In this document: piece after piece, positions 1-11,000 of the stretch
Numbering within the stretch: the stretch's first letter is position 1
Layout: each line of letters opens with the position of its first letter
Position numbers and translations under genes: made by a program
Virus record (IMG/VR): IMGVR_UViG_3300030330_000125
Location: 1 to 37,445 of that record
Reading direction: 5' to 3' (one strand)
Length of the DNA stretch: 37,445 nucleotides
Origin: a virus
Lineage: Duplodnaviria; Caudoviricetes
The notes under the pieces: model-generated
Database searches by the model: none
Told to the model about the DNA's origin: nothing
What the model saw: the letters and a program-made list of their open reading frames with translations, nothing else

Positions 1-157
1 ATGGGTATGTCAGCAGTACAAGGCCATTACCATACAAAATTTCTTGTGTCTTGGTGGGCCAATCCAGATAATCTTTTTTTTGCTATGAATGTAGGATGTT
101 TAATAAATCAAAAATCACAAAGTTTTGCATACGCTAAAAATTTTAAAACTAGATTTA
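1..157. repeat. Terminal direct repeat, left copy
   Basis: Identical to 37289-37445 except T78 vs C37366. Confidence 0.97.
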
Positions 158-249
158 TACTAGGATGTGGAATGATAATAGACGGTTATCCTAAACTGTT
201 ACCGCTTGTTTTAAATAACAAGGGTAACTGGATAGGTAAATTAGTTTAG
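1..249 (+). CDS. 3' part of calcineurin-like metallophosphoesterase (continues from 36836 across the junction)
   Basis: GHYH motif; in frame with the open ORF from 36836 via the terminal repeat. Confidence 0.9.
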   Translation: MGMSAVQGHYHTKFLVSWWANPDNLFFAMNVGCLINQKSQSFAYAKNFKTRFILGCGMIIDGYPKLLPLVLNNKGNWIGKLV

Positions 250-389
250 TAACTACTTGTTTTTTTAGTACCAAACTTAGGAAAAGATTTTTTCTTTTTC
301 TGTTTTTTCATAGCAGATTTTATAGCGTTACTTCTTTTTGTTTCGTAACTACTCATTTTTCCGTCTTTGTTTAGATCACCTTTTGCCAT
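246..389 (-). CDS. Small basic protein, 47 aa, EF-hand-like loop (not in ORF track)
   Basis: MAKGDLNKDGKMSSYETKRSNAIKSAMKKQKKKKSFPKFGTKKTSSY; SD AAAGGAG at 394-400. Confidence 0.8.
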   Translation of the reverse strand: MAKGDLNKDGKMSSYETKRSNAIKSAMKKQKKKKSFPKFGTKKTSSY

Positions 390-422
390 ATTACTCCTTT
401 GTTTTAATTTTTTTTTTAAACA

Positions 423-1991
423 TTATTTCCAACCAATAGATGTTGCATGAATATTTGTTTCTTTTGAACCAACACTTTGATTATGTGTGCTAATTTTATA
501 ACATAAAGAAGTTCCACTTGGTTGTGCTGAAATATCTAAATCGTGAAAAGCTAAAATCTTTTTGTTTGTTCCCCAAGTTCCCTCATCAACTAAAGTTCCT
601 TGTGTAAATGTTGTTCCACCATCTCTTGAAATAAATCCTTTTACATCTGTATTTAGTGTTGCTGTTCCAACAGCATTTTCTAAAAGCATAACCATATCTG
701 CTTTTGTTGGAGTAGATTGAGCTGTTGTATTAGTAGATTTTAAAGTTAAATTATCTATTGGTGTATTCATGGGTCTATATTCTAAACGAACATAACCCTG
801 TCCACCATTACCAACATTAGAATTACCGATACCATCACCGATACCTCCACCGCCACCACCAAATAGGCCACCACCACCGCCAACATTTTTTGGTCTAGCT
901 TGTGGATTTTTTGCACCATCACCACCATCAACATTAACACCATCAACAGTTGCTGAACCTCCATCTTCATTGCCATCTGTACTTGAACCTTCACCACCAG
1001 AAGTATATCCACTTCCACCAGCTTTACCGCTATTTTCAGTTTCGGAATCCCCTCCTCCACCTCCGCCTCCGCCAGAGAATGAAGCTGAACTTCCACTACC
1101 ACCAGTAGCACCAGAGCCATTACCAGAACCTCCGCCTCCGCCACCAGCGGCTTGATAACTTACACCACTTAATGTTCCAGAAGAACCACTAGAACCACCA
1201 CCTCCAGTTCCTTGTCCTTGTCCATTACCACCACTACCACCACTTAATGATAATGATGTTAAACCTCCTGCTGATGTTCCAGTTTTACTTGAACTACCAC
1301 CAGAGCCACCGCTTCCTGTTCCACTTCCTGATGGACTTACACCTCCACCAGAACCACCAGTTGCAGTTAAAGTTAAAGCACTACCAAATTGAATTGAAGA
1401 TGAACCTCCAGTTTGACCAGTAGAGTTTGAACCACCACTACCACCTCCAGCACCGACAGTTACAACAGCAGAGTTAATACCAGCAGGAACTGTAAAATTT
1501 ACAGCACCTATCCAGCCGCCGCCACCGCCTCCGCCACAGGCACTATCTGTACCAGCAGCAGCTCTGTTTCCACCAGCACCTCCACCGCCAATGACAAACA
1601 TTTTGTCTATAATACTTCCCTCTGTAATATCAAAAGAAGCATTACTTGAAGCAAATTCTTTAGTTACAGAACTTCCAAGTGTAGGTGTACCTCCACCTCT
1701 GAAGCTACCACTTTTTAAAATTTCATTTGTTGAAGCTGAAGCATCTATTCCAGTTGCATCTGTATATTCATCAATAACTTGATCTACTAAATTATAAGCG
1801 GCTAAAGAACCATTAGTAGCACTTTTAAATGCTAGTATAGCAAGATTAGCTTGTATTTTATTATCATCATAATCAGTTGCATGTTGATTAACATTTGATG
1901 CCGCTATTCTTGCATCTGCAAAAGTACCAGATGTAATTTTACTTGCGTCTATGCCATGTACAAAATTTGCTAAATCTCTTGCTTTAGTCAT
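423..1991 (-). CDS. Glycine-rich tail fibre / receptor-binding protein
   Basis: 522 aa, central Gly/Ser-rich domain (VIGGGGAGG...GNGGQGYVRLEY); end of tail module. Confidence 0.75.
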   Translation of the reverse strand: MTKARDLANFVHGIDASKITSGTFADARIAASNVNQHATDYDDNKIQANLAILAFKSATNGSLAAYNLVDQVIDEYTDATGIDASASTNEILKSGSFRGGGTPTLGSSVTKEFASSNASFDITEGSIIDKMFVIGGGGAGGNRAAAGTDSACGGGGGGGWIGAVNFTVPAGINSAVVTVGAGGGSGGSNSTGQTGGSSSIQFGSALTLTATGGSGGGVSPSGSGTGSGGSGGSSSKTGTSAGGLTSLSLSGGSGGNGQGQGTGGGGSSGSSGTLSGVSYQAAGGGGGGSGNGSGATGGSGSSASFSGGGGGGGGDSETENSGKAGGSGYTSGGEGSSTDGNEDGGSATVDGVNVDGGDGAKNPQARPKNVGGGGGLFGGGGGGIGDGIGNSNVGNGGQGYVRLEYRPMNTPIDNLTLKSTNTTAQSTPTKADMVMLLENAVGTATLNTDVKGFISRDGGTTFTQGTLVDEGTWGTNKKILAFHDLDISAQPSGTSLCYKISTHNQSVGSKETNIHATSIGWK

Positions 1992-1996
1992 AGGAT

Positions 1997-2245
1997 TTAA
2001 ACTCCTACAAGTATGTTTGCTTCTTCTTCAGTAAGTTTTTCCCCAGCAATTAATTTTGCTTTAGCACTATCTTTTAAATCTATTTCAGCATTTTCTAATT
2101 CAGTAGCTTTTGCATTTACTGCTGACATATCAATAGAAACTTCATTTCCATTTTCGTCTTTAGCAGTAAATTCATTATCTACCATATAAATAGTTACTAC
2201 TGAATTATATAATTGAAATATTGCTTTTTGTTTTGCGTTTCTCAT
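1997..2245 (-). CDS. Small tail-fibre-associated protein (possible chaperone)
   Basis: 82 aa, follows fibre gene, C-terminal SAKAKLIAGEKLTEEEA. Confidence 0.6.
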   Translation of the reverse strand: MRNAKQKAIFQLYNSVVTIYMVDNEFTAKDENGNEVSIDMSAVNAKATELENAEIDLKDSAKAKLIAGEKLTEEEANILVGV

Positions 2246-2982
2246 TATAGTACTCCACTATCTAATTCAACCGCATACATAATTGGAACAGAACTTGCTA
2301 CGCCAAAATGTGTATCGCCACTTGTAGTTCTAAATCTTAATTTATATGTTAATGCGTTTGTACTGTTGATATTATCATCAAGAAGAAACATACTTATAAA
2401 ATCATTTCCGTCTGGAGAGTTACTTTCTATGTTAGCAACACTATCTCCACTTCCATTTAATTGAGTATGTAAATCTCCATTACCAGAACTATCACCTGCT
2501 TTGTTAATAGTAAAATATGTTCTTCCACCAGAAGCTTGAGTAGCACCTTGCGCATATATTAATATTTTATTGTTTGTGCTTGTAGGTGTAATCGTAACAG
2601 ACATTCCAAGCCCTACATCTTGAAAAGATGAACTTGATGTAGTAGCTTGTGATACACTTGTTGATCCGTGATTTGTTTTAAATTGTACTACTCCACCACT
2701 TGCCATATCGCCAAATTCTAAAGCTGATGCACCAGTATTAACTTTAACTACTTGTCCAGCAGTTCCTAAAGATAAACCAGCATTCCATATACCACTTGCA
2801 CCAGCTATAAATAAATCCCAATGTGCTGTACTTGTAGGTGCATTACCTGTAGTTGAAGTTTTTGCTATATATGCATTACCGTTTGTTGCATAGTAAACTA
2901 CGTCATTTTTAACGTATGCCGTGCCAGAAGCATAATCGCCTTTATGATTAAAGGAAAGTGATCCTAAATTTATTGTTGCCAT
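2245..2982 (-). CDS. Tail fibre / spike protein
   Basis: N-terminal KGDYASGTAYVKNDVVYY...W module, GTAGQVVKVN..ALEF linker, beta-rich C-terminus. Confidence 0.75.
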   Translation of the reverse strand: MATINLGSLSFNHKGDYASGTAYVKNDVVYYATNGNAYIAKTSTTGNAPTSTAHWDLFIAGASGIWNAGLSLGTAGQVVKVNTGASALEFGDMASGGVVQFKTNHGSTSVSQATTSSSSFQDVGLGMSVTITPTSTNNKILIYAQGATQASGGRTYFTINKAGDSSGNGDLHTQLNGSGDSVANIESNSPDGNDFISMFLLDDNINSTNALTYKLRFRTTSGDTHFGVASSVPIMYAVELDSGVL

Positions 2983-3001
2983 ATGTTATCCTTATATATT
3001 T

Positions 3002-3010
3002 ATTTTATCA
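3002..3010 (-). promoter_or_regulatory. Extended -10 promoter candidate
   Basis: TGATAAAAT upstream of SD AAGGA and ATG 2982. Confidence 0.45.
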
Positions 3011-3019
3011 TATTTTCAA

Positions 3020-5017
3020 TTATATTGTAGCAATTAATTCACCATTAGATAAGCTAAAAGTAAAGCCACTTGCCGCAAATATAACGTCATCAAAACCAGC
3101 ATAAGTAGCGGCACTTATATTGTCTTGACCTTGATTTGTTGTTGTAACCTGTACATTATTGTTAAATGGTACTGGTGTATTAGCTGTACCACCCATACCG
3201 CTATGGTTTGTACAATAGTAATATAGTTGAGGCGCACCAGTAGGCACTACATAAGTTAATGTATTAGCTGAACTATCTCTTGTTACGCCAGTTGTATACT
3301 CACTTCCCCCACCATGAGAACCGTCTGCTGTAGTACTTAATGCAAAAGGATGTGCTGAAGGATATGAAAATACATAAGTATTACCTTCTATTAATTCTAA
3401 AGTTGGTTGTTGTTCACCCATAATAAAATATTTGTTAGCACCTCCTACATTTTGTACACTTACTGTATAATTTACAATTGAAGCTACAAAAGATAAATTA
3501 AATCCATATACTTCTGCGCTAGAAGCGTTTGCAAATTCTAGTGCATTAGCAGAACTATTCATAACTAATGCCTGTCCTGCTGTGCCAAAACCAGAAGGTG
3601 TATCTGTTAAATCTTTAATTGATATATTTGCTAATTGAAAAGTACCAAACGCTATTGCATCTACTACATCACCGTTTGTTAATGCAGATGCAAAAACTAT
3701 ACTTGTTCCAGATGATACTGTAACGTCTGTTCCATTTACTTGTTTAACACCATTTATATAAACGTCAATAAATCCTGCATCATATGCTAAAGTATTACCG
3801 TTAGCATCATTACCTGTTAATGTTGTAGGTGTACCTGTAACATTAAATGTAAACCTGTTTGATGTGCCATTAACTGTAGAACCTGCTGATTGCCAACCAG
3901 AAGAACCATATACTTTTAATTGATTGCTTGTAGTATCAAAATATAAATCACCCGTATCTAATGCACTACCGTCTGGATCTTGTGTAGGTGCAGAACTACT
4001 TGGCCCTAAATACGTGTTAGCAAAACTGTTTATGCTAGTTAAATTATTACCAGCATTAATTACAGATGATGCTGAACCTGCTAGTGTGCCTAATCCAGAA
4101 ATACCTGCAAGTGTGTTAACATTAGCAATATCACCTGCAACTGTATTTACATTTCCTATTGCCCCACCTACAGCATTAATATTAGTTGCATTTGCAACTG
4201 CCGCATCTATGTTTGTTTGTTGAGAGGATGTTGGTGTAAGTTGTTTCCATACTGTATTACCAAGATCATAAACTTTCATTACATTGTTTGTAGTATCAAA
4301 ATACAATGCGCCGTCTGTTAAGGCATTACCATCATTATCTAATGTTGGATCACTAGATTTAGCACCTAAAAAATCATCATCAAAAGTATCTAACGCCGCT
4401 TCTGCCGCAATCTTTGCATTTTCTGCGGCTGTTGCACTATTAGCCGCCGCAGTTGCGCTGTTTGCTGATGCTGTTGCGCTGTTAGCCGCACTAGTTGCGC
4501 TAGTTGCAATACCTGTACCATCAATAGTAGCATCTAAAACATTTCCAGTAGCATCAAAACCTAGTAATTTACCTGCTCTTGATGTTGCATCATCTGTTAT
4601 TTCTGGTGTTGTAATTGTTGCTGTTCTAGATACTTTAATAGATCTATCTAGTTGTTCTTGTAATTCTTGATTTATAGATGTTAATTTATCAAATGCACTT
4701 TCTACTGTTTCTGCACTAAAAGGATCGTTTTCTACTAAATCTAAATTTTGTGTTTGTGCTGTAACTCTACGTATAACAACAGTTTCACCAGTTGCAGGTA
4801 TGTTACCAGAAGTAAATGTTACATTACCACCAGAAGCATTACCAACCCCACTAACTGTATAATGTGTTGTTAAAGTCTTTACTGTTTCTGTACCAGAAGA
4901 TGCTCTAATAATTACTTGTAATTCTGTATTAGCTAATATTTTAAATGTATACTGAAATACAGATGTATTACTGTTACCAGCATAACTGTTTTTAATATTA
5001 GTCGTAGATATGGTCAT
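3020..5017 (-). CDS. Main tail fibre with T7 gp17-like N-terminus and cupredoxin-like C-terminal module
   Basis: N-terminal YAGN...FQYTFKI...VIRR.T...DKLT; Ala-rich coil; repeated LYFDTT units; HPF...YYYCTNHSGM. Confidence 0.85.
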   Translation of the reverse strand: MTISTTNIKNSYAGNSNTSVFQYTFKILANTELQVIIRASSGTETVKTLTTHYTVSGVGNASGGNVTFTSGNIPATGETVVIRRVTAQTQNLDLVENDPFSAETVESAFDKLTSINQELQEQLDRSIKVSRTATITTPEITDDATSRAGKLLGFDATGNVLDATIDGTGIATSATSAANSATASANSATAAANSATAAENAKIAAEAALDTFDDDFLGAKSSDPTLDNDGNALTDGALYFDTTNNVMKVYDLGNTVWKQLTPTSSQQTNIDAAVANATNINAVGGAIGNVNTVAGDIANVNTLAGISGLGTLAGSASSVINAGNNLTSINSFANTYLGPSSSAPTQDPDGSALDTGDLYFDTTSNQLKVYGSSGWQSAGSTVNGTSNRFTFNVTGTPTTLTGNDANGNTLAYDAGFIDVYINGVKQVNGTDVTVSSGTSIVFASALTNGDVVDAIAFGTFQLANISIKDLTDTPSGFGTAGQALVMNSSANALEFANASSAEVYGFNLSFVASIVNYTVSVQNVGGANKYFIMGEQQPTLELIEGNTYVFSYPSAHPFALSTTADGSHGGGSEYTTGVTRDSSANTLTYVVPTGAPQLYYYCTNHSGMGGTANTPVPFNNNVQVTTTNQGQDNISAATYAGFDDVIFAASGFTFSLSNGELIATI

Positions 5018-5022
5018 AGTTT

Positions 5023-5031
5023 ATTTTACCA
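5023..5031 (-). promoter_or_regulatory. Extended -10 promoter candidate
   Basis: TGGTAAAAT 5 nt before ATG 5017, no SD. Confidence 0.45.
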
Positions 5032-8000
5032 CTATTCTTTCTTACTTTCTATAGGATAATTGTCTGTTTCTGTTAAATACTTAATTAATTTATCTATCAT
5101 TATTGCACGTCTATTACCATCTTTTTCACTTATTATATCTCTAATTACTTCATTTGCACCTGCTTTTTTTGAAAGCAAATCAGTAGTTAATGTATTAGTA
5201 AGCCATGATTGTCTTGTTTTCAATGCTTCTATTTCTTTTTCATTTAATGTTTTACCTTGGAATAATTTTAATATACCGTTTTTAACATCTATAGTCATAT
5301 TAGCATCTGCCTTGTCATATGCATCAAGACCATCTGGGCCATCTTTTATAAACCCTGTAGCTGGGTGATCGCCTATTTTTAAAAATCTACTTATTGGTTG
5401 TCCTATTATTGGAAAGTCTAATATTTTTTCTAATTCTGTAGTCATTTCATCATAATCATTACTTTTAAATTTATGAAATCCTGTACCAGAATATGTATTA
5501 AAAAACCATTTAAGTATATCTATATGTCTTTGTATACCACCAGCTTTGTCAACATCTTCATCTATAGCTGTAGTACCACGCCAATCATCAAATGGCGTCA
5601 TACCTGTCATCCAAGTCATTAAATTAGATAATAATTCAAAAATTGGGTTAAGATCTGGCGTTCCACCTTTACCTAAATATGCTATCATATCTGCTGGTGT
5701 AGATAATACTTCACCTGCGCTATCTTTAAATGGTAAATCCATAGCTTTAAAAAACAAACCATTTATTAATCTACTTGTTTCATCTTGTGGTATTCTAAAA
5801 TATACTGCTCTACCATCTGGTGTTGTTCCTAATACTATAGGAATATAATTTATTTGATCCCATTCTGATACTCCGTACTTATATAGATAACCAATACTAG
5901 TACCAAACAATCCTAAAGTGAATGCTTTTTGTAATAATTTAGGTGTTACGTTATATGCTATAAATTTTGTACCTACACTTGCAGGTGCTTCTCTAAATCT
6001 ATTGTAATCAGCCCTCCAACCTTCTTTTGCCGCATTAGAATATAAAAATAAATTATTTGTTATTGTATGCATTTTACCTTGACGTAAAAAGTTAGGTGAT
6101 CCTACTTCACTTTGTACACGTATCATAAGTTCTTTATCATCCATTTTTAATTTACCACGTTTTATTTGATCTTTTAAAAACATAGTACCAGCTATTTTTG
6201 GCACTCTTTCAAACATACGTGCAAAATTACCTAGTTTGTTAAATAATTGACCAAAAGTTTTGTCGTATAATTTATTTAGATTTCCATTTTGTTTAACTTC
6301 TTTATCTAATAATTTTTCTATCATAAAAGTATCGTTATCAACGCCACGTCTAATAGCTTTACTACCAGCTTGACCTCTATACCCTTCTACCATTGATATT
6401 AAAAAACCTTCTTTTTCCATCCATCTTGTAAGTTCAGTTCCATCCTTAAATATAGATTTGTATGCAGGTTTTATTGCCTTAAATAAAAATTTAACGTAAC
6501 TATTTTTACCACCACCAGCTATGTCAAAATATCTAGCATTTGGTAATAATTTAATACTTCTATTAACATCTCTAATACTATTAACAGGCCAAAACGCTGG
6601 ATTGTATTCTGTAAATAATTTTCTAAATATATCACCACTTAATGTTACTTGTCGCATAGAATAAAATGTTAATAATGGATTTGCACTAAAAGCATCTGCA
6701 ATAAATTTATTTACATAATATGTTTTTAGTTCACCATTTACCATATAATGAAAAGGTTTCATGCCTTTTGGTGGTGCTTCTAATTTAGTAGCACTAATAC
6801 GTTTAGGTTTCATTATTATTCTTTCTAAACCTTCTGTTGCTATATCTCTTAATTTCATACCTTGACCAGTAAAACTTCTATTATATTGTTCTAACCAAGA
6901 TTTATTTTGTATTAACCAATCAACAGTAAGTTTCATTGTTCTATGTCTTTTAGCTTCTACTAATAACAACATATCTTTTTCCATTGTTGCACCTAAAAGA
7001 TTTTGTATATCACCTGCATAACCTCTTGATTTTTTCATAGCTAATGTTGCTGTAGCGTTAGAACCATATTTTTCCATACGTTTTAATAAATGTTCTGCTA
7101 CGTTAAAAGTACCGTATTGATAATTTTGTTCCATATTTTTAATTACTGTTTCGTCAAACATTCTGCTTTCTTTTATTTCTGGAATAATATGTTCTTGTCT
7201 AATTCTGTAAAAAGCATCTGTAAGTCTTATTAAATCTGGTTTTTCTTTTGCAAAATATTCATATAAATTTTCAACTGATCTATCACCTAATTTAGATTGT
7301 AATTCTTTTGGAATTTTATTTATACCAAGTGAAGAAATCATATTTTTTCTTTGTCCACTTTCTGTAAGATTACGTAAAAACATCATTACACTTATGTCAT
7401 GTACATCAAGTCCAAGATCTTTTGCAGGTTTTAATACTTCTCTTTCTACTGTATCTCTATAAACTTTTAATGCGGCGTGTCTGTATCTAAAATTATCTAT
7501 TGCCCACTCTAAATTTTTAGCTTGTGGTGAATGCCATCTAGTTTCACCTGTAACACCTGTAAGTCTACCTGTTAAAAAAGAAAAATGGTCAACCATTTCA
7601 TAATGTATTACATCTATTATACTACCTTTGTATTCGCTTTCCATTTTTTCTAACATTTTAGCATCTACATCTCTAAACATTTGTTTTAAAGCTTTAATAG
7701 GTTTACCTAATCTAACATCTGGCCCAGATATAAGATCATCTTGTATTCTGTGCCATATCTTCATAACTTCTGGTTTTGCATCTAAATAATAATGCCACAT
7801 TTCAAATGTTTTAGGTGCATTGTGTTTTACCCATTGTGGCTTTAGTAACCATGCCATCATAAAATCTGCCATAAGTTCTCTAGGGCCATCTCTATATTTT
7901 GTGTATTTAGGATCTGCGGCTCTATTAAAAGGTTTCCATTTAGCAGAAAGATTTTTTAGTTCTTTTGTAATCATTTCTACATTGACTAAACCTCTTTCTT

Positions 8001-11000
8001 TTATTTCTTTTTCAAACATTTGTTTAAATATTTTGTTTGCTTCTTCTGTAAGTTTTGGATCTACTTTTCTACCATTTACTTTGTCTGCTAATGCTTTTAT
8101 GTGATGGCTCATCATGCCTTTTAAAGCATCTTTAACTACTTCTTTTTTTAATGCGCTATCTAATTTTATAAATGCTTCATAAAATTCTGGATCTATTTTT
8201 GCTCTTGCATTAGGATCTCTAAATATTTCTAATACTGTTTCTGGTGTTATTTTAAGTTCTTGTTCTATTTCTTTGTTAGTTTCTTTTTCTCTAGATTTAG
8301 CTATCTTTTCTGCTTCTGCTTTCATTTTAGCTATCTCTTTTGGATCTAAAGGTTTTGCGCCGTCATTCTTACCAGCTATCCATTTGTTCATATAACCTTT
8401 TAATGTAGCTATAGAACCTAATATGTTACCTCTTTTTAAAGTTTTGTTAGGTAAAAAATCTATAAGATGGCCTAGTTCGTGCGCCATAGTCATAGTAAAT
8501 TGTTCTGGATTTTTTTGTAACGCTTCATTTATAACAATACGTGGTGCTTTTTTACCTTTAAATTGAAAGTAACCATTTAATCTAGGATCTAACCTATTTA
8601 TTTCTGGTGATTTTTCTAAAAATACTTTGTACATTTCTACAAGATCAATAAGATCTATACCTCTTTCAGAATTATATAATTCTTTCCATTTTGCCCCATT
8701 TTCGCCAAAGTTAGGTTTTGTATCCATATAAGGTTCGTTTGGTATACCCCAGTTATCACCGCTTTTACTATTAGGTACTCTATCAAAATGCATACCATCC
8801 ATATCTTCTTTAATTTTATGATTTTTAAAATATGAATTAGCTTGTGCCTCTAATGTGCCGTTTATTTTTTTAGGCATTAATAAGGCAATAATATTTTTAG
8901 TTTCTGGATGTACAAATACTAACGGTTCTGTTGCGCTGTTACCTAATAATATTGCTTTTTTCTGTTTACCATTTTCTGTAAATTTAATTAGTTCGTTGTA
9001 TGCTTTTCTATTAAAAGATACTAACTCACCTCTAATACGACCAACCATTGTATCTACTTTTAAACCAGAAGATCCGCCACCATCTACACCAAATACAATA
9101 CTTACTTTTTTATGCTTGTTTGTAAGACCTTTAAACACACGTTTTTTAATATCTTTAAATGTTTCAAATTTACCAAGACCTTCTATCTCTTTAAATTTTG
9201 ACATTCTTTCTGCCATTTTAGGATAGAATTTATTTTTAATTAATATAACTTTATTTGTAGATGCACTTCCGTCTACTGTAGTTATACGTTCTCTTGTACT
9301 TGTTTCTGTTAATGCTTGTAATGGTGTAGATTTATATGTTCCTCTACTATCTACAACAAATGCATTATCTTTATCTTTTGTAAGTTCAAATATATCTTCG
9401 TTAAATTCTTTGTTTGTTTGTCTATCTTTAAATGTTCTATCTGCTTTGTTTGCTATAGTAATTTTATCACCTTCTATTTTTGCTTCTATAGGCAAAGGAT
9501 CTGTTTTTCTTACTTCGCTTTCCAATACTATTAATTTTTCACCATTAGCTTTTTGTACAACTAATGCATTTTCATTACCAATAACTTCTTTACTAATTAC
9601 TTTTGCTTGTTCTGTACCATTAATATTTATATTAACTACTTCGTTGTTTTTAAATTTAGGTTCTGGTAATAATTTAATGTTTTGTGTTTTTTCTAATCCT
9701 TGTATAACTGATTTAGAACCATTAACATATATGTCTGGTATTTGATTACTCATTATTTGTTTTCTGTAATGTGCATCTTTTTCTGCTAAAGCAACAACAT
9801 CTCTAGGATGTACAGAATAACGTCTGTATAAATTATGCATTGTTTTCAAACCTTGTATAGATCCATGTACACCAAATATTAATACTGCGGCGTGTGCAAA
9901 ATCTCTAGCTGTAGGCACATGACCTTCTAAAGCCGCACCTAAACCTGTCATTGCTACAACTTCTGTACCTAATCTAGCAGTTGTACTACCTGTTACTTGT
10001 TTTACTTTTGCACCAGCACCAAATGTTACAGCACCTATTGTTCCAGATTTTATAGCTGTCATTAATGTTTTTTGATCCATCCATAATGATAAAAATTCTT
10101 TTATGTCATGTGCTTCACCGCTTTCTATGGCTCTCATATAAACATCTCTCATTACTTCTGGTAAAGCAAAACCACCTGCACCACATACTACAGGGGCGGC
10201 TGGTATACCTGCGCCTAGTGTTCCTGCAACTACAGTTCCACCTGCCGCAAAACAACCTGCACCCATCCAAGGTAAATCATTTACTAACGTAACTGCACTA
10301 GATATTATTTCTTTACTAAAAGATTGTTCTTGGTACATAAATACTCTTTGTAACGCTTCTTGTGGCGATACATTATCTTCTGTAACAAGTTGATTATATC
10401 TATCTATAAGGCCATTGACAGATAATGAGTATCCATTACTAAATACATTGTATCTACCTTTACCACCAAACGCTTGTACAAATTTTTGACCAAGACCAAA
10501 CTTTTCTAGTTGTTTTGCTATTGTACTATCACTACCAAAAAATGCCATTTGTGGTGTTTCGTATTCGTATATCTGCCCCCAACTATTAAAATAATTATCT
10601 ATACGTGCATCTAATGCAGGTAACTCTCTTAAATTATATTTAGGTTCACCAGCTACTATTGTTTTTTCATATGATGCATGGTGATACTTTCTGTATAGTT
10701 CTTTCATTGCATCTACATCACCCTGCATAGCCGCTTTTATAAGATCATCACTACCTGCTCTATTTAATCTTTCACTTGCTGGTATTTGTAATATATTAGC
10801 CATTGCGATTGCTCTTTGCATATCAAAAGACAAAGCAGTAAAATCACCGTTGTCGTATGCATCTTCTATTTCTTGTGGTATTTGAAAATCTGGATCTACA
10901 CGTTTCATTAATGTAGTAAATCTATTTAATGCAGTATGATGCGAACCGTTACCTTTGTGTATTTGCCATAAACCAGAAGCACTACCGTTTCTAGAAAAAA

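Noticed and set aside
782-1782. Alternative ORFs 782-1144, 970-1155, 1591-1782
   Set aside because: Frame-shifted or antisense shadows of the Gly-rich fibre gene.
3928-4303. 16-bp direct repeat TTGTAGTATCAAAATA (3928, 4288) as a DGR TR/VR pair
   Set aside because: Both encode repeated YFDTT fibre units; no reverse transcriptase seen despite BPP-1-like head genes.
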